Part shown: piece by piece, positions 10,368 to 24,900 of the stretch | Layout of the letters: every line of letters starts with the position of its first letter | How positions within the stretch are numbered: position 1 is the first letter of the stretch | Source: Pocillopora damicornis | Lineage: Eukaryota | NCBI RefSeq assembly: GCF_003704095.1 | Contig: NW_020847079.1 | Location: 124,001 to 188,000, forward strand | Length of the DNA stretch: 64,000 bases | Reading direction: 5' to 3' | Position numbers and translations under genes: made by a program | Notes under the pieces: generated by a model | The model's input: only the letters and a program-made list of their open reading frames with translations | The model's database searches: none | Told to the model about the DNA's origin: nothing

Positions 10368-13232
10368 ACATGAGAGCATATCTCGAACCTTTTTAAAAAG
10401 TGTTAAGATTAGGGAGCAATAGAGCAGTGTTAGACAGTGCTATTGTTGAAACTAAAATTGGTACAACTACACCATATGTGCCCATATCTGACGAAATGCA
10501 CAGTGAACTTGCAAGTGAACATGAACTTGCAGTTTGCGCTCACGTTCAAGTGATTTCTACATCTGCCGAATGACTGTCTTCATTGCACAGTTAGACTGGT
10601 GTACGTTACAGAAAGAATTGGGAAGGGTTGGCGGTAGCCTGTGTCAGGCCTTTAAACAGTGGAGAGGAGCGACATGCGGGCGTACGTACGTCGACAAGCA
10701 AGCGCACCCAACGGTTGTTGTTGCCAGGGAAACAGCTGTGTCGCGTCTCGTTTTCTCTTTCTTCACGCTCCCGTTTAGTCCGCGACCATGATTTTTCGCG
10801 CGCCCATATTCTGCTCTTTTCCACAGATCGGGATGGTTGCAGAATTTTTGGGCTTCGTCAATAAGGAAATATGTTCTCTTTTTGTCTTTTCGCCATTTAT
10901 TTGCTCCTTCATTCATGAGAGTAGTCAGCATGTAATTTCTCCTTATAAAATGCCCCCGAATCATTTATTGGGCTCATGAGAACAAAGGAAATGATCGCCA
11001 ACCTAAGAAGCTTTGATTGTCAAACAAATTCTCCTTGTCGGTACCAATGGACATGAAAAGAGTAGGGTATAGAGAATATGAATGTTTGGAGGCTGTATCG
11101 CTTACCTATCCTTTTTCAATCAATTATCGCTTCACTGCTTTGTTTCGTTTCGAATTTTTTACCACGGACAAACGAGTAAGTATTTTAAACTTTTATTTCT
11201 CAAAATCGACACTCTTTAGCTTTAAGTACAATGCATCAACGTCAACGTGTTCTATTAAATTCGCGGCAACCTGTACCGAGGAAGACAAAACAATTTATGT
11301 TCAGCCATAAACCTGTGAAAAGAAGCGGGGGCAACATCATCCCCAGAAAGAAGCGAACAGTCAACGAGGAGGCCTTCTTTCCAGTTTAACCAGCGTGGCG
11401 TGAAACGAAAAAAAGTGGGACAGAAACTCGTTATCACTAAGGATGGGCCGATAACAAATATTCGATACCAACGATACCGACGTCCACTCGGAAAATTAAG
11501 ATACCAGCGAAGAGTATCGATGCTTTCGAAACTGCACGTGACATGTCTGCGCTTTGATTCACCCCATTGACCAACCACCGACAAGGAGCCAAAAATACTC
11601 TGGGCTCGAAAATGGGAAATGAGCGCTACAGTGTACCAGTCTAAGTGGCGTGTGAACGGTGTAAGAGTGGACCGATCGACAACCGTGAGTTTCGATTAAG
11701 AACGTCCTTAATCGGGTTTTAAATTTTTGACTGTCTTGTTCATGATCCTATGGAATACTGAACACTGCATAACATTAACAGTGCTAAATAACCCTATTTT
11801 TTCGTCAATCAAATCATGTGACTTACCATTCGACTCAATAATGTCACAGCATCGAAATCGATATCGAAGAAAAACGTCAGTATCATATTTGGTATTGTAT
11901 CGATTCGGAAAAAGCATATCGGTCCGTCCTTAGTTCTCACTAACGAGTGGCGCACGCGCGGTCATTACTGGCCGAGGCATTGGCCGTGACGTTTTGTGTG
12001 GGTGAGTGTCACACAATTCTCACCAGTCTTGGCGTGACACTTCAAATATGGACTATTCCCGGAAAGAAGGACTGCTTGTTTCCTGAACATGCGAAAGCTA
12101 TAAAAGTTGCCTTTTTCAACAATATCAAATAAGATCGCAAGAAATAATGTATTTATAAATATTATCTAATTTACAAGCTATTTCTCATCTAATCTCTTAT
12201 GGACCAGGACTGTAGAACTTTGTCCTACTCGCGTTTTTTTTTTATAGACAAGCTATGTATAAAAAAATAATAGTAAAGAGCGTTTTTGAACGCTTTTGAC
12301 TCTAAGCGACAATTTTTATCGACTCTTTTATTATAAATAAAAGAAATGTCGTCCCGATTTTTTCGGAGCGCCCCTGTCACAAACGCTCAGACAACACATT
12401 CCCCGATTGCCTAGAAAGAGAAGCACAACATGTATGTTCTAGAAAAACTCTGAACAACAACTTAAAATGCCAAAGCCTGTTTATACACATTTCGAAAACA
12501 AACTTACTTCCATAGAAAACATGCTTTGAGTTTGTGGTTCTGTGTCGAAACTTAACAAAGATATTTTTTTACACTCGATATACTCCCAGCCACATTTTTC
12601 CTTGGATAAAAAAATGCTTAATTGTTTTGTACGCACGTACGCTTTAGCCGCGATGACAGATGACGGAAATCCTAAAATCTTGACCATGATTTCCGCTGGG
12701 TCAGTAAAACTGTGATAAAAGGTCAAGTTAGCGATGAAAAACGGGCGTTACTCACGTACCATGTGATAATGAAAATGCGTTAAATCCGCCTACCTTGAGA
12801 GGTCTGAGGTCTTTAAATAATTTAGGTTCGATTGCTAGACGAAATGGAGATCACTGACGGAAATAGAGTCTAATTATGGCACATATTACAAATGAACTTC
12901 GCCCTTGCCATATGGCGCAGCCACGAGGGTCGTGAGATTATCCCCACGAAAAAATCTCTTCTATGGCTTTAACTACACCGCTGCACATACAAATGGCGCT
13001 GAACTTTTCCACGATTTTTTGTTTTACTTTAAATGATCAAACATTTTCATCCAAGTCGTGTTCAAATGGAGCGTCACTATATTCTGAGTTTCCCTTTTCA
13101 AACGGATTGAATACTGTTTGACTTCAAACAGTCAAGCCAAGGATATAAGCACGCGAAACTACTGCACTTCCCTGAATTGAAAACGAGATCTTCTGGCTAG
13201 GATCTTCGTGATCTTTAAGGCATATTCAGCTT

Positions 13233-16200
13233 TCAATTCGAGGTGCCATTTTCCAATTCTAAATTCTCGGTGAGTTTCTTGATCTGCGCAATGATTTTCA
13301 AGGCGGGTCCAAGTCTGATTGACATTCGAGTTAACAAATGATCTTCCTGCATCAAAACAAATGAATGTCCATCAATGTGTTCCTCCCTGAACGCATGCGC
13401 AATTTCAGCAGACCCCGTCAACGAAGCGACGAACTGACAAACGTCATCAACTGTCCATTCCAGTACATTCTCGTTTAAATCTGGTCGGAAACGAGGCACA
13501 AGCTTGTGTGGTGATACTCGTGACGATTCTTTAGGGTTCGGAGAGGCTTTGGGTGTAGCTGTTGGACTTTGTCTTTCATCTGAGGCTGTAGCAACTTCGG
13601 GACTTCTTCGTATTACACAATCGCGGTCAGCGGTCAATGCCTGAGAGTGTCGGTTTTCGCTACCGATTTCAGCCTCTTTTTTATTTTCGCAAACCTCAGG
13701 AGCAGGTCTCTCCTCCTCCATGTTCGAAATCCGGGCCTTCGTCACAAAATTATTGTCTTCCGTGTGACCGTTGACCACCGGTGTGTTCCTGGGCGATGAA
13801 GATCTGGACCCTCGATGCATTGCCAATGATGAATGTGAGACAGGGAGGCCCTGGAGCCCCGCGCGAGCGGCTGCCGCAGCAGCTGCGTTGGCTTGGATGA
13901 AAGAGGATTGGAAAGGAATGTTCTGCGTCAATGGGTTGTGTTGAGTAGGAGGTGTCAGTAGTCTGTAGTGCATTAAGCTCTGGTGAAGGGCAGATGAGAC
14001 TCCCGGCAGTCCACCACGCAGGGCTTGATGGTAAATGCTAGGGCTGTGAGGTGAAGTCAAAAGCAGGGGGTCTGGTAACAACCTCGGCGAGTTGTGTGAT
14101 GGACTTACGAGGGGGGAGGGACTGGGTAATTGAGTGAACGGGATGAAAGGTTGACAGTTGACTGATTGTGGTTTTTGCTGTTGTTTGGAGTTTGAGCCTG
14201 CTCGCGCCGTAAGTTCACGCGTCAGTATATCCTGGTTAACATGGTTTTCAGCAGCCCTCTCACTGTGCGAATTTAACGCATCTACAAGATCAAAACGAGA
14301 AATGTTTTTACATCTTTCACTATTACAGACAAACACTTTTTCGCAAGAACGCTGCCGGTTATACAGCTTTCCTTACTTAGAAATTTCTTGTTAGTGGCAA
14401 AAACCTTTCTTGTCACCCCTTAGCAAGTCCCGAAAAAAAGGATTCCGTGAAATCGACCATACCCCTTATCAAAGTTTTACTTTGCCAATAATTATTTCTC
14501 CCCTCACTGCTACTCATCTACTCAAATTCTTGTAAGTCACGAGAATTTGGGGTTAGATCAATATAACAACTTCTTGCTGATAAGTTTGAGTATTCTTATT
14601 ACCTGTTTGATGGATAACGTATGAATATGGTAAGGAGAAATAACATGTTGATCACTTCTAGGAGTTAAAGGTTAATGGTAGTTATTTTGGTTGAATCCTT
14701 GGTGCTTAAGTTCACCTTGCCTTTGATGAGATTTGAGGAGAGATTGCCGAGGAATACATTATACGACCACACACAAACCATGTTGATCTGCATCTTTCTA
14801 CGTAAGCGTTTCAAATTTTTGAAACAACTCAAGAGGTATCACACCAGGGTTTTAAGGGTAGCCAAGAATGAGATCATTTTTCTTTCTTGTCTCAAAAAAT
14901 CGCCATAACAATGTTCTTCTCACCTTGGTGGACCGCCCTGAAAGCACTTCCTCTCCCTGAGGCACCTTGAGGTCCCCCTTGGGGTCCTCCTGGAGATCCC
15001 CCGGTTTCTTGCGAGGGAGAAATGCGAGGTGTATGATCTCTTCTAACTTGCTTGGAATTATCAACAACAGTGGCATTTGCCCATTCCGGAGGGATATCTC
15101 TGAAGAAGAACGTGTTCCTGGGGTCAAACTGGAACCTATCTGCTGTAGAAGGGAAACAGATGAAAGAGGAATGTTAGTTAAAAACCAGTTGTTGCGAGAC
15201 AGATAGATTCAACGAGGCTGAGGAAAAGGGAATTTCCTCCTTACTTAGTCAGCGCTTCTTTTCAACCTGCTTTTCTGCTACTCATCTAGTGAAACCTATA
15301 GTAAATAAATATCATTTCAACACCGCTATTTTCCGATAAGACAGTAAAATGAAAAATCTATGAAGCGTTGTGTCTCATTTTATTAGTAAAATAAGAAGCC
15401 AGCAACAATTTAAGGCAGCTGTGTGTTGACAGATTTCTGCCGCCCTCTTCAGTATACCAGAGTTCAAGCGTATCCATCACAAGTCAATTCTCAGACACCC
15501 TGGCTCGTATATTAGAAACAGCCGAAACAGAGCGGTAACTTTCAGACGAAAATCTTAACACACTTGTGAGAAGGCAAAATAACGGTCATTGACATGTCAG
15601 TCGTGCTCCTGTATTCAGAGATCTTAGAAAAGAATTTATTCGGATATCCATACTGATTTAATTTATCTTACTTTTTTAAAATCATGTATTTGTTGTCATG
15701 ACAACAGGAGCCCAGTTTGACTTAGGAGCTATATTTTCTAATGTTCGTCGGGACAAGATTGCAAAAGATTGTCACTATTTGCAATACAACCTAAAGATTT
15801 CTTATCTTAACATGTCGTACAAAACGGTGAGAGAATGACAAAGAGTCTTAGGAAAGTCACATAATATTGTGTTAATTCTGGAGATGGCATTTCCTGCGGG
15901 GTACACGGGTACCACACGAGATCGATCTTATAGTGTCTCATGGCAGACTGTCTTAATGTCAACATGACCAGTGCAAATATTGCACATTTTTGGTACTAAA
16001 AAAGCGTCCGCAAGCTTTGTTTTCTTCTTCTCGTCTAAGAAGACAACGTAAGAGAAATATAAGCGAACATTTTAAAGTCGTTAATTGAGATTTGCATTCG
16101 CGAGGTGAGCACTCACAGTAACCAGTTAATTATAACGTGTTTCCGCTCTGAAAGTACATCAGGAAAACGGGTGTTAAAGTTGGCAACCAGCAGCGAAGAG

Positions 16201-19200
16201 TTAATCCGGCTTAGTAAGGCACGAAAAGTGAGATACCATTCAAAATTAATTTCTTTGCTAACTTGCAAGAAAGATAAAAAGGCTTGCTGCAGACACGCCG
16301 GTACCCCAGTGCGTGATCAGTGACGTCACTAATCCTAGCGCTCTTGCCTTTCGAACAACATAGTCTCACGTACTGACATTATGATGAAATGATGAATTAA
16401 GCAATTATGACAGTTTTCTTTAAATTCAGGTCTAGGGGGTTTAACATGAAAACTAAATGATAGAATAAAAAATCTAATGGCGACCTCGAATTGTCAGCAT
16501 CTGGAGCAAATATATAATGACGATATTTCTTTCGCCTATTTGCGCGCAATTGAGAGTCAGGCACCAAATCGTAGTAAATTAAAACATTTGTTCATAAATG
16601 AAAAGTTAGTTTAAATATTGAGCTTATCAATCGCTTCCAGAATGACATTATAGTGGCGAAAATAAATGCACACTGCACAAATTGGGTCAAAACACTGTTC
16701 GGTAAGCAAAAGTATAGAGTCCAAAGTAACTTTTTGCTGAGCTTTCCTGTCGTTCATATTCACGGCTCAATTACTCTCCGTCTGGAATTGACTGATTTCG
16801 AGGATTTGGTTGACTTAATTGACTTGATTATTTTTCCCTGCATAATAGAACTCCTGATCAATGTTAAATGCTTAGACTAGAAAGTCAAAGACGCGTTTTC
16901 TTCTTTAAAACGGAATTGATACGCAATGGAAAAGACAAGTATCATTGACTTGTCTGTCCTTTGTGCTTTTGCTCTGTGTCCTCTGCGAGAAAAACCTAAA
17001 CTGAAGTAAGTGAATTGTACAAATAAATCTGAAAGCAGAGGTTATGTTTCGTTTTGAACTACCCAATCTGCGGATTACTTTCCTTTAAAAAGTAAAGATG
17101 ACATTAAGAAAAAGCAGAACATAGTTATAAGTTTAACAACATGCATCAAAACCAAAGAACCTAGTTTGCACTTCTCAGAATTTTGTTTAAAAAGCTGTAA
17201 GCTGGAACTTTTTCAAGAAAGTTTTAGGTATGTTTTGCCTTAATTTGACCCTGATCAGGAATCTACGCACAAACGTTCTGTTTGATTGGCATTATGATAA
17301 CAAGATATTAAACTATTCTTTAAGAAAAGTCAAGCTTTACACCAAAAAGGCCTTCCATGATTGAGCGCATGGATGCTCTCTTCTGCAATTTTCATAAAAT
17401 TTATGGTTTTCTTTCGCATTCGTTCTGCTTCATTCTAACCTGGAAACGCCTGGCTGAGACTTCTTAGGCTCATTGTTCGAAAATAAAGACATAAATTTAG
17501 ATCACGTATTAAAGCTTGTAGAATAGCGACAGGCGTTTTCCAAGGTATGATATTGTTTTGAGAAAGCAAACCAAAGAAGATACTAGATCCTTCGTGCAAC
17601 CCGTCAAGTGTAAAATTTGCTTCAAAAGACCTCTTGAAAGAATTAGAAAATTTGGGGTTAACCTGTGATCAATTCAACGCAATAAAGATAGGTTCAAGAA
17701 TGACTGCAACTCTTTAGAGCAGTGATTAAAAAAGACAATCTAAATTATAAATTCAGTATTTCAATCATTCACAGTTAATGTGATATTTTTAAATGCTTAA
17801 TTAATTGTTTTTCAAAATCGAACTTTATCACTTGATGAGGGATTGCGAAATTGCTTTTTTTTTTTTAACTAACAGAGCTTTAAGCTAAGACGATCTCAAG
17901 CTATCTGCAACTCAAACATCGGGGCTCTGTGATCACACAGCTGTGTACGCCTGAACTACCTCTAACAGATTCTCTTCGTCTAACACAAAGCTCTCACCCA
18001 GAACGGGTTATATTTTGACTACTCTTCTCTTCAAACAGCTGAGATAAGTGATTATTTTCTTGCAAAAGGAATAAACAAGGATAGGGAAAGGAGATCCGCG
18101 CAGTTGGTGAACGAACAAACATTAATCGTTATAAAAATAAAACTTGACCAAACTTACTAGCTCGCCGTTTCATGGTGTTGACTTTTCCCAAGTTTTGGGG
18201 AGATAAACTTCGGGCTCGTTTCGGAGGCTCGACTGCGGGCGAAAAAGGGCTGTCGTCTAAGGGCTCAGAGCACTCCGATGCAGTGGACGAGTTTGAGTCC
18301 GGCGAATCTCTCAAACCGCCGCCACCATTGCGAACTTGGCCGCTCGTGCAGTTTTCTAGGTCAGATGAAGAGCCCTGTCTGGTACCGACGAAATGTAACC
18401 CAGGTTCGTAACCATCTTGTCTCCATACCGGCTTGGAAGAGTCCTTGCGTTTCCTAGCTGGAGAGGGCGGAGAGGAAACACTGCATTTGCTTGCTAATCT
18501 TCCCCGGTTCTGTTTCCAGGAAAACAAATGGATTAAACGAAAGGTTTGAAGCACTATTACGTCGGTTTTAAAAAGCCTAGCGAACTGTGCCAGCAATAAG
18601 AATCGCACGAATGGTGCCCTTTTACAAAAAGCTGCCCTCAAGCTGTTGCGTCTTGCAGCCGGCGTAAGGGATTGCGAAAATAAAGGTTAAATACTTACTT
18701 CTATAAACATAGCGCGTTGCCACAGTGTTTACAATATTGAGCGGAATAAACAACAGATAAGCAGGGACGTCCGCGTTACATGAAGTACCACATGAATATC
18801 GAGCTGATCACGGTCAGATTTATTCCAGTCGATAAATGTTAGGATATTTATCCATTTATGGAAACGAAGTTAAGAACCACGGGCGGGAATAGTACACTTT
18901 ATATAGGATAATCCGTAAAAAGCATTAAAAGGATATTATAAGAGATCTACGCTAATAAAAATTCCATTCACTTTCCTTCTCGTGGACCAGCACGAAAGGA
19001 ATTGTATAAAAAATACAATAGTTGGTGCGTACGTGATAAAATTTGCGCGACGTCTGTGAGGCGCACCAAAGCTACTCAACTAAAGCCGTGTTTTATGCTG
19101 ACATTTGACCTATGGGACGTAAGCTTTATTAATTATATTAAAAGGCAGCTATGCTAACCACTCTAGGGTTTTTCCCTTCTATCGATTCTTCAGTTCAACA

Positions 19201-21171
19201 ATTTGAAACTTTCGGAAATTACTGCCAATTGAGCTCGTCAAAAGACGACAAGATTTCAAATATCCTTCCAAAACAACGCAGGTGCGAACGTGGAAAATAT
19301 TGATATCTGCACGCAATATCCAGCAGATGATACGTGTCCACAGCCTTCGTCTAGAATACGCAACTGTTATCAACAATGTAGAGGCAACTTCATGACCTTC
19401 AGTCGCCGGACGTGAAAAGTGAACTTGTCATTTCTTTTTCAACTTCGAGCCGGAAATATTTTCATTCGTTCTAAAGCCAAGTGCATTGTCAAGCTGGTCA
19501 TCTGTCAAAAACCGGGCGGATCGTGCCCTTTAGAACAATAATTTCGAATTGTAATTATATAATGTGTAGAAGTGTGCCAAATGCGGAACGGGTTGAATGT
19601 CACATTCTGCCCTATTTAGACATAAGTTCCGTCGTAAAAATGACAAAAAGGGAATGATTAAAAAACAGTGATTGAAATATCTTGTCTACGATGTCAATAT
19701 AATCAAAAGTTTTCAGGTTCTGTTCAATCGAACCAACAAAAGAACAAAAGATAGCATTAACAACTCACTTTCACACATGAACGACACAACTAGTTTGCTG
19801 AAGACGTCTCCAGCCGAGATAGGAATAATTTTTTTTGTACAAAGCAAACTGGCCTCGCTGTAGACCGTCTGATGTACTCTCTTTCATAGAGGCCCCCCGT
19901 TCCAGCTGGACCCAAACTGTGAAACAATTTCAAGAGCTATTGTTTCTTGAAAGCTGTCAATTTTATCACCTCGTTGCACCGCCTTTTCCGTCACCTTGAT
20001 AGTCTTCGCAAACATTTCACTAAAGTCCTATGTTCTTTTCAAAAAGCATCAACCGCATGCAACCAGTTTCGGTCATTTTTCCTCCCTCGTTTCCCTCAAA
20101 ATTTTTTGAACAGAATATAATTATCTTAACTTCCACTGTGCTTTCTCATTGTCATCAATTTATCAAGGTGTTAGTACCAAAATACAAATCGTATCTAAGA
20201 AATGCACCGGGGGCGGAATAACCAAGCTGTTTTTCAATCGTTAATAATGGTGTCTGCATATATTGGAGCGCCGTTTACCTCAGCCCTAGCCCGGGAACTT
20301 GATTTCAGCTAAGATGCCAGCTATGCTAAACAAAACGAAGATCGATAATGATATAAACAATAAGCATAATTAAAATAACACACCACAAGCGCTGCTAGCA
20401 GGCATAAAACCAGCCTTATCTCAGTGGTGGCATCACACTACAAGATTTGAAACCAACGAAGTCGCAAAATCTTTTTTCAAACTAAAGCATTTTGTTATGT
20501 TTTGGGATGTTAACAAACAGAAAATCAATTCTTACCACAGGTGACGAGATTCTGCAGCCCAGACAATCACATATAGGTGGGTGAACTTTTATCAACCCGC
20601 GCGCAATCAAACTCTTAAGAGATTTTCCTTTGTAGCGAATACTTCTTTTCCAGTCCTTGGCAGTTTCTCGTCCGCTGATGTACTGAAGCTCATTCGGTGT
20701 AAGCCAGTCGTTTTGAAATAAAATACACGGTCCTTTGCTTCCTTGGCACAATTTAGACACGTACAACAGGGCAGCATTCTCACCGCACTGAATTTCTAAC
20801 GGCTCTTCCGTCACAAGTCCTTGATCAGATCCGACTGGCCTTTCGCTGCTAACACTGTCAAAGCCGCGAGCCGGATCGCCGGCTATATTTTTCTGGCTGG
20901 CATCACTAGGCTCTATTTTCACGTTAAAACTAGAGCTTTCAGAGTGGATAAAGCTGCCATGACCGGCAGGCTTCGCCACCGAGTTTGAGCTCGAATTCAA
21001 AGGAGGCATTTGCACGGAGATGCTGCGGTCGGCATTCAGTTCGTGAGATTCGTCACGATTATCGCTGGTTCCAAGTTTTTCTCGTAGTGTCTTAAGTTCA
21101 TTAGCATGTGACAAACCGGTAGTCGTCTCTCCAAGCGGCGGCACTGTCTCAGCAGAGTCACTCGCAGCCAT
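13233..21171 (-). CDS. SAMD11: SAMD11 orthologue: N-terminal SAND domain plus C-terminal Polyhomeotic-type SAM domain, about 751 aa
   Basis: Exons 21171-20536, 18509-18158, 15142-14924, 14281-13233 total 2256 nt, GT-AG, phases 0/1/1. SAND motif WLTPNELQYISGRETAKDWKRSIRYKG. The spliced junction VHPPICDCLGCRISSPV|NRGRLA matches the vertebrate SAMD11 signature. SAM domain: WTVDDVCQFV..FREEHIDG..LGPALKI. Confidence 0.93.
14461..14675. mobile_element. About 210-bp MITE (family D; TTAA-CCC...GG-TTAA ends, piggyBac-like)
   Basis: Ends in ggagttaaaggttaa; body similar to the copies at 42451 and 47351. Confidence 0.7.
15691..15706. promoter_or_regulatory. Perfect palindromic RFX X-box in SAMD11 intron 2
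   Basis: TGTTGTCATGACAACA is a 16-bp perfect palindrome closely matching the GTTNCCATGGNAAC-type X-box. Confidence 0.55.
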
Positions 21172-21917
21172 TTTCGTGTCCTTGAGGCGAAAAAAATTGC
21201 AGCTCCATCAAAACGGCTTGGTTGCGAACCTCCTCGGAAGTTATCATACGGACACAAAGTTTGCTCCGCGAACGTTTGTGTTTTGGAGTGGCGGCGTTGG
21301 CGACAAACTTTGTGCCGTCTGTCGCCGATAAAACCTGTCGCTCTTTATTTGATGTGATACCTTGCTGGCATCGCTTTTGTCTGATTGGCTGGCGACCTGT
21401 CGGAGTGAAACGTTAATCGTTAGATCGTCCAATGGAAAGCGACCATTTTAGTGAATAGCGAGTTTACTATTACGGTATTTCATTGTTCTGTCATGAAGAC
21501 TAACTTTGTGTCTGCCAGCCAATTTGTCTTAGAGAGAACGCAAAATTAAATTTGGCCTTTATTTTGATTTTCAGAAACCGAAATGTTGCCTACGAAGTCA
21601 TAATAGTCCAATTTTAAATCAAGTTCCTTCCGTTTTCAGCTAGGAAACATTTCCCCGTCACATTTCCGCCAAACTCGACAGGAACTCGTAAAAAGTTGAA
21701 GTTTGTCGCCAACTCTAACGATGACATCGCCAAAATTCGTCGCTGCCGAAGAATTACATACATTCTCGACACCGTTTAGCCTTTCTAAATATTATTCTCC
21801 AGGAGCGAGGCAAAAAGATCAGTTTCACGATTTCAAGCACGTCTGTCGTATTTAAATAATGCATGAACACGTCCCACGGCCTTGTCTATAATCAACCTAT
21901 TGTTCTCGTGTAGGGTT

Positions 21918-21927
21918 ATGACGTCAT
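21918..21927. promoter_or_regulatory. Full CRE/ATF palindrome upstream of SAMD11
   Basis: ATGACGTCAT about 750 nt upstream of the ATG. CCAAT boxes at about 21384 and 21429. Confidence 0.45.
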
Positions 21928-24900
21928 TCAGCCCACGCAAGAGATCAAGACTAAACATTGAAATAACCAACGAGCGATAAAATTTCTTCTTCTTCAAGGC
22001 AAAGGATTCACCAGGAATAACGAGAACGATGGCCGGATGAGGGATTCAATTGAGGTGCAATTGTCCGTAAAAAAAGGGGAAAAGAGATCGCAAGATTTTG
22101 CTAGAAGCATTTTCACCATTCTTGATAGTTTAATACTAGCGGCCGCAGAGATTTTGCGCGATTTCGCAATTACACCGGAACGGCCGTCAGTAAATTAATA
22201 CCGCAATTACTGGGCGACAACTGATGCAGGATAAATAAGGTTTACTTCTGCATGTTTTTTTTTTTAATCAAAAGAAATTATTTCTCAAAGAATTAAGAGA
22301 ACTCTGGCAAAATCCTCCTGCACTCGATTCTCTTCTACAGTCACGCGACGATCGCGCAATATTCAAAACTCATTCAAATTGTAGAGGCGTTCGCTTTAAC
22401 TTTTTCAACGATATCGAAAATGGAATATATCAGCCTTGTGGTTGCGCTGTAATTGCCAAGCAAACCCGAGCTGTCAACGATATCTACGCACTATTCAAGC
22501 GGTTGAATTTAATCGGACCTTGGTTTAATGCCAGATTTTCATTATTTTTCTTTTATTAATATCAATATTTTTTTTAATACGCTGACATAAAAAGCTTATT
22601 GGGAGGGTCTGAGAAAACAAAGGGATCACGCGCTTAGATATGACATAGCTTCGTGAACACAGAAGTGAGAAATCACTCAGCTAGTTTCGAATGATACTAC
22701 TTCGCCTTAGCGATTGCGCTGTCCTTTAAATTCTTCCTTTGCTCCAGGATAAACATTTCATTTTGTTCAAATGTTTACAATATACAATTGCTTTATCTCG
22801 TTCCAATTGTCGACGGCTGCTCACCCACTTGACTCAGGAAATGCACGCTTACTTATCACACCGGATGTCCGATGGATTCGCGATGGATACTTGTTCGATG
22901 AGGGAAAGTAATACTAATATTGTTAGCGTTGGATTGAATTTAAAAATAACCTTGCATGTCGCAAACCTGCGTTGTATTAAAAAGGCGTCGAACTGAATTA
23001 TAACTGTGAAGGTTCTACAACGTAGAATATATTGTAACGACCCACAACTGATGAGCTCATAGCTAAATTTGACGCGTTTAAAAAAGGCGAAGTGATTTTC
23101 AACTGACTTATGGTTCATGCGGATAGTTAAGAAATAGAGTTTTCAACCATATCAGTTACGCTGGCTTATAAGAAAAATCACTCATCCTTAAAGGAAGGTT
23201 TTATTAAGGGTAATGAAGAAAAAAAAATCAAATTTCTGGAATCTGACTGCAAAGAATATATGGCCTTGTTGTTAACATACTTTCTATGCTCCCCGTTTCG
23301 CTTGAAAGCTCGATTAGACAGGGAGGTGCAATATCGCGTAGTAGCTGTATCGTGCGTAAAGCGATCGGGAGAGGCTAGAACATGCCAGTGATAAAATGTA
23401 GTCTATCTTTTGTCAGCCAATGATATCATGCTATCGTTCATTAAACTTGAAGGAGTTAATGAACGACTTTTATCGTTTCATGACTTCCTTGCTCAACAAC
23501 GCTACATTAGTACATTACACGTGCTTCAAATTGAGCCAACTATGGCAGTATGCAGTGTTCTTCTATGCCGAAGACTGCATTTAGAAAAGGTGGTATCATT
23601 TCAGAAATCCGATACTGCTTCCTGCAATAAGAATATTGAAGCGCAGTGATACAAAGATAATTTACAAACGTGGTCTCTTTTTAACGTGATCATTAATCAA
23701 GAAATTGCAGAAGGTATTTCTCGCGAGGATTAAGACACTCCCAGAAATCATGATTTACTTGTTTATATAACCTACAAGTTCTGTTGGAGTTGCAACTAGA
23801 TGGTCACTTCATTCCCACCTTTATCCAAGCATGACAAAAGAGAAGAACCTCCAAAAACACTGTTAAACTTTCGTCGACATCTGTACAGTTGAGGTTATTA
23901 CAGTTCAAGGCCCAGCAATTGAACAAAGTGATCTCTGTAATGATTTGGTTAAACACCGGAGAATATGTTCTTTGTTTGCTCTACTAGCCATGCGCAACAC
24001 GCACGTTAAGTTAATCAGTTCAGTCGAAGTAACCGTAATAAGGACTGATTCATCACCTTGCAATTCTTATCTTACTATTTATAGCTGCATACAATATAGA
24101 ATCTAAACTATGATTGAAGAAAAAGTAAATTAAAAAATGACTTGCTATTCCATAACGCACTCACGGAAAATTCCGGCAGCTTCTTACAAGTCTAGAGGAA
24201 ATCCGTCGGTTATTAAGTTGGAGTGCTGGATTTTTGCCCAAATCCAATGGCGTGCATGCCTAAGGCTTGGAAGTCAGCACACAATGTAAACGCTTTATAT
24301 CTAAGGAAAAGCTGTATTCTCCCTCGCAAAATGCAACATTGCCTCTTTTCTTTCTTGCCGTCCGATTTGAGTTGAAGGTTGACGCCAAATCTAACACAAC
24401 ATACGGTTGGGCAAGACTGAAACAAATAAACTTATTAAATATTGACTCTGAGTTACATTTCACTGAAGCTTCCCTATTTTTCAAAGAAATGTCTCTTTTC
24501 TATAGCTTATTACAATAATTTTTTACCTCTGTCTTTTCAAGTCTTCTGCAAAGCTTTTCTGTGTGTTTTTCAACAAATGACCCAAAGTTTCTCGTAAAAG
24601 TTTTCCATATATTTTCAGTCTTGCCAACGCTAATTGCATACACCCTGTTTTCGCGGTGAGCGGTGCTTCGACAAGTCAGTTACGTTTCACAATTTGGTAA
24701 AGTTCCTTACCCGAAACGGTAAACGCTCTGAGAAGTCTATAAACCAAAAGTAGCAACAGGCCAAACTGTTCTGCTTGCGGGCTGCAAAGTGTTGGAGAGT
24801 TACAACAACACTTTTATTGCTGGTTTCTTTCGCCGTCTGCAAGGGTACCGCCATTTACGACTCACAACAGTTGTCTTCCCGCTTAATTAATTTTGCATTC

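Noticed and set aside
14852-15127. ORF-track peptide MTPGTRSS... as the SAMD11 exon 3 product
   Set aside because: Splice phases require the other frame (TDRFQFDPR...GSAFRAVHQ).
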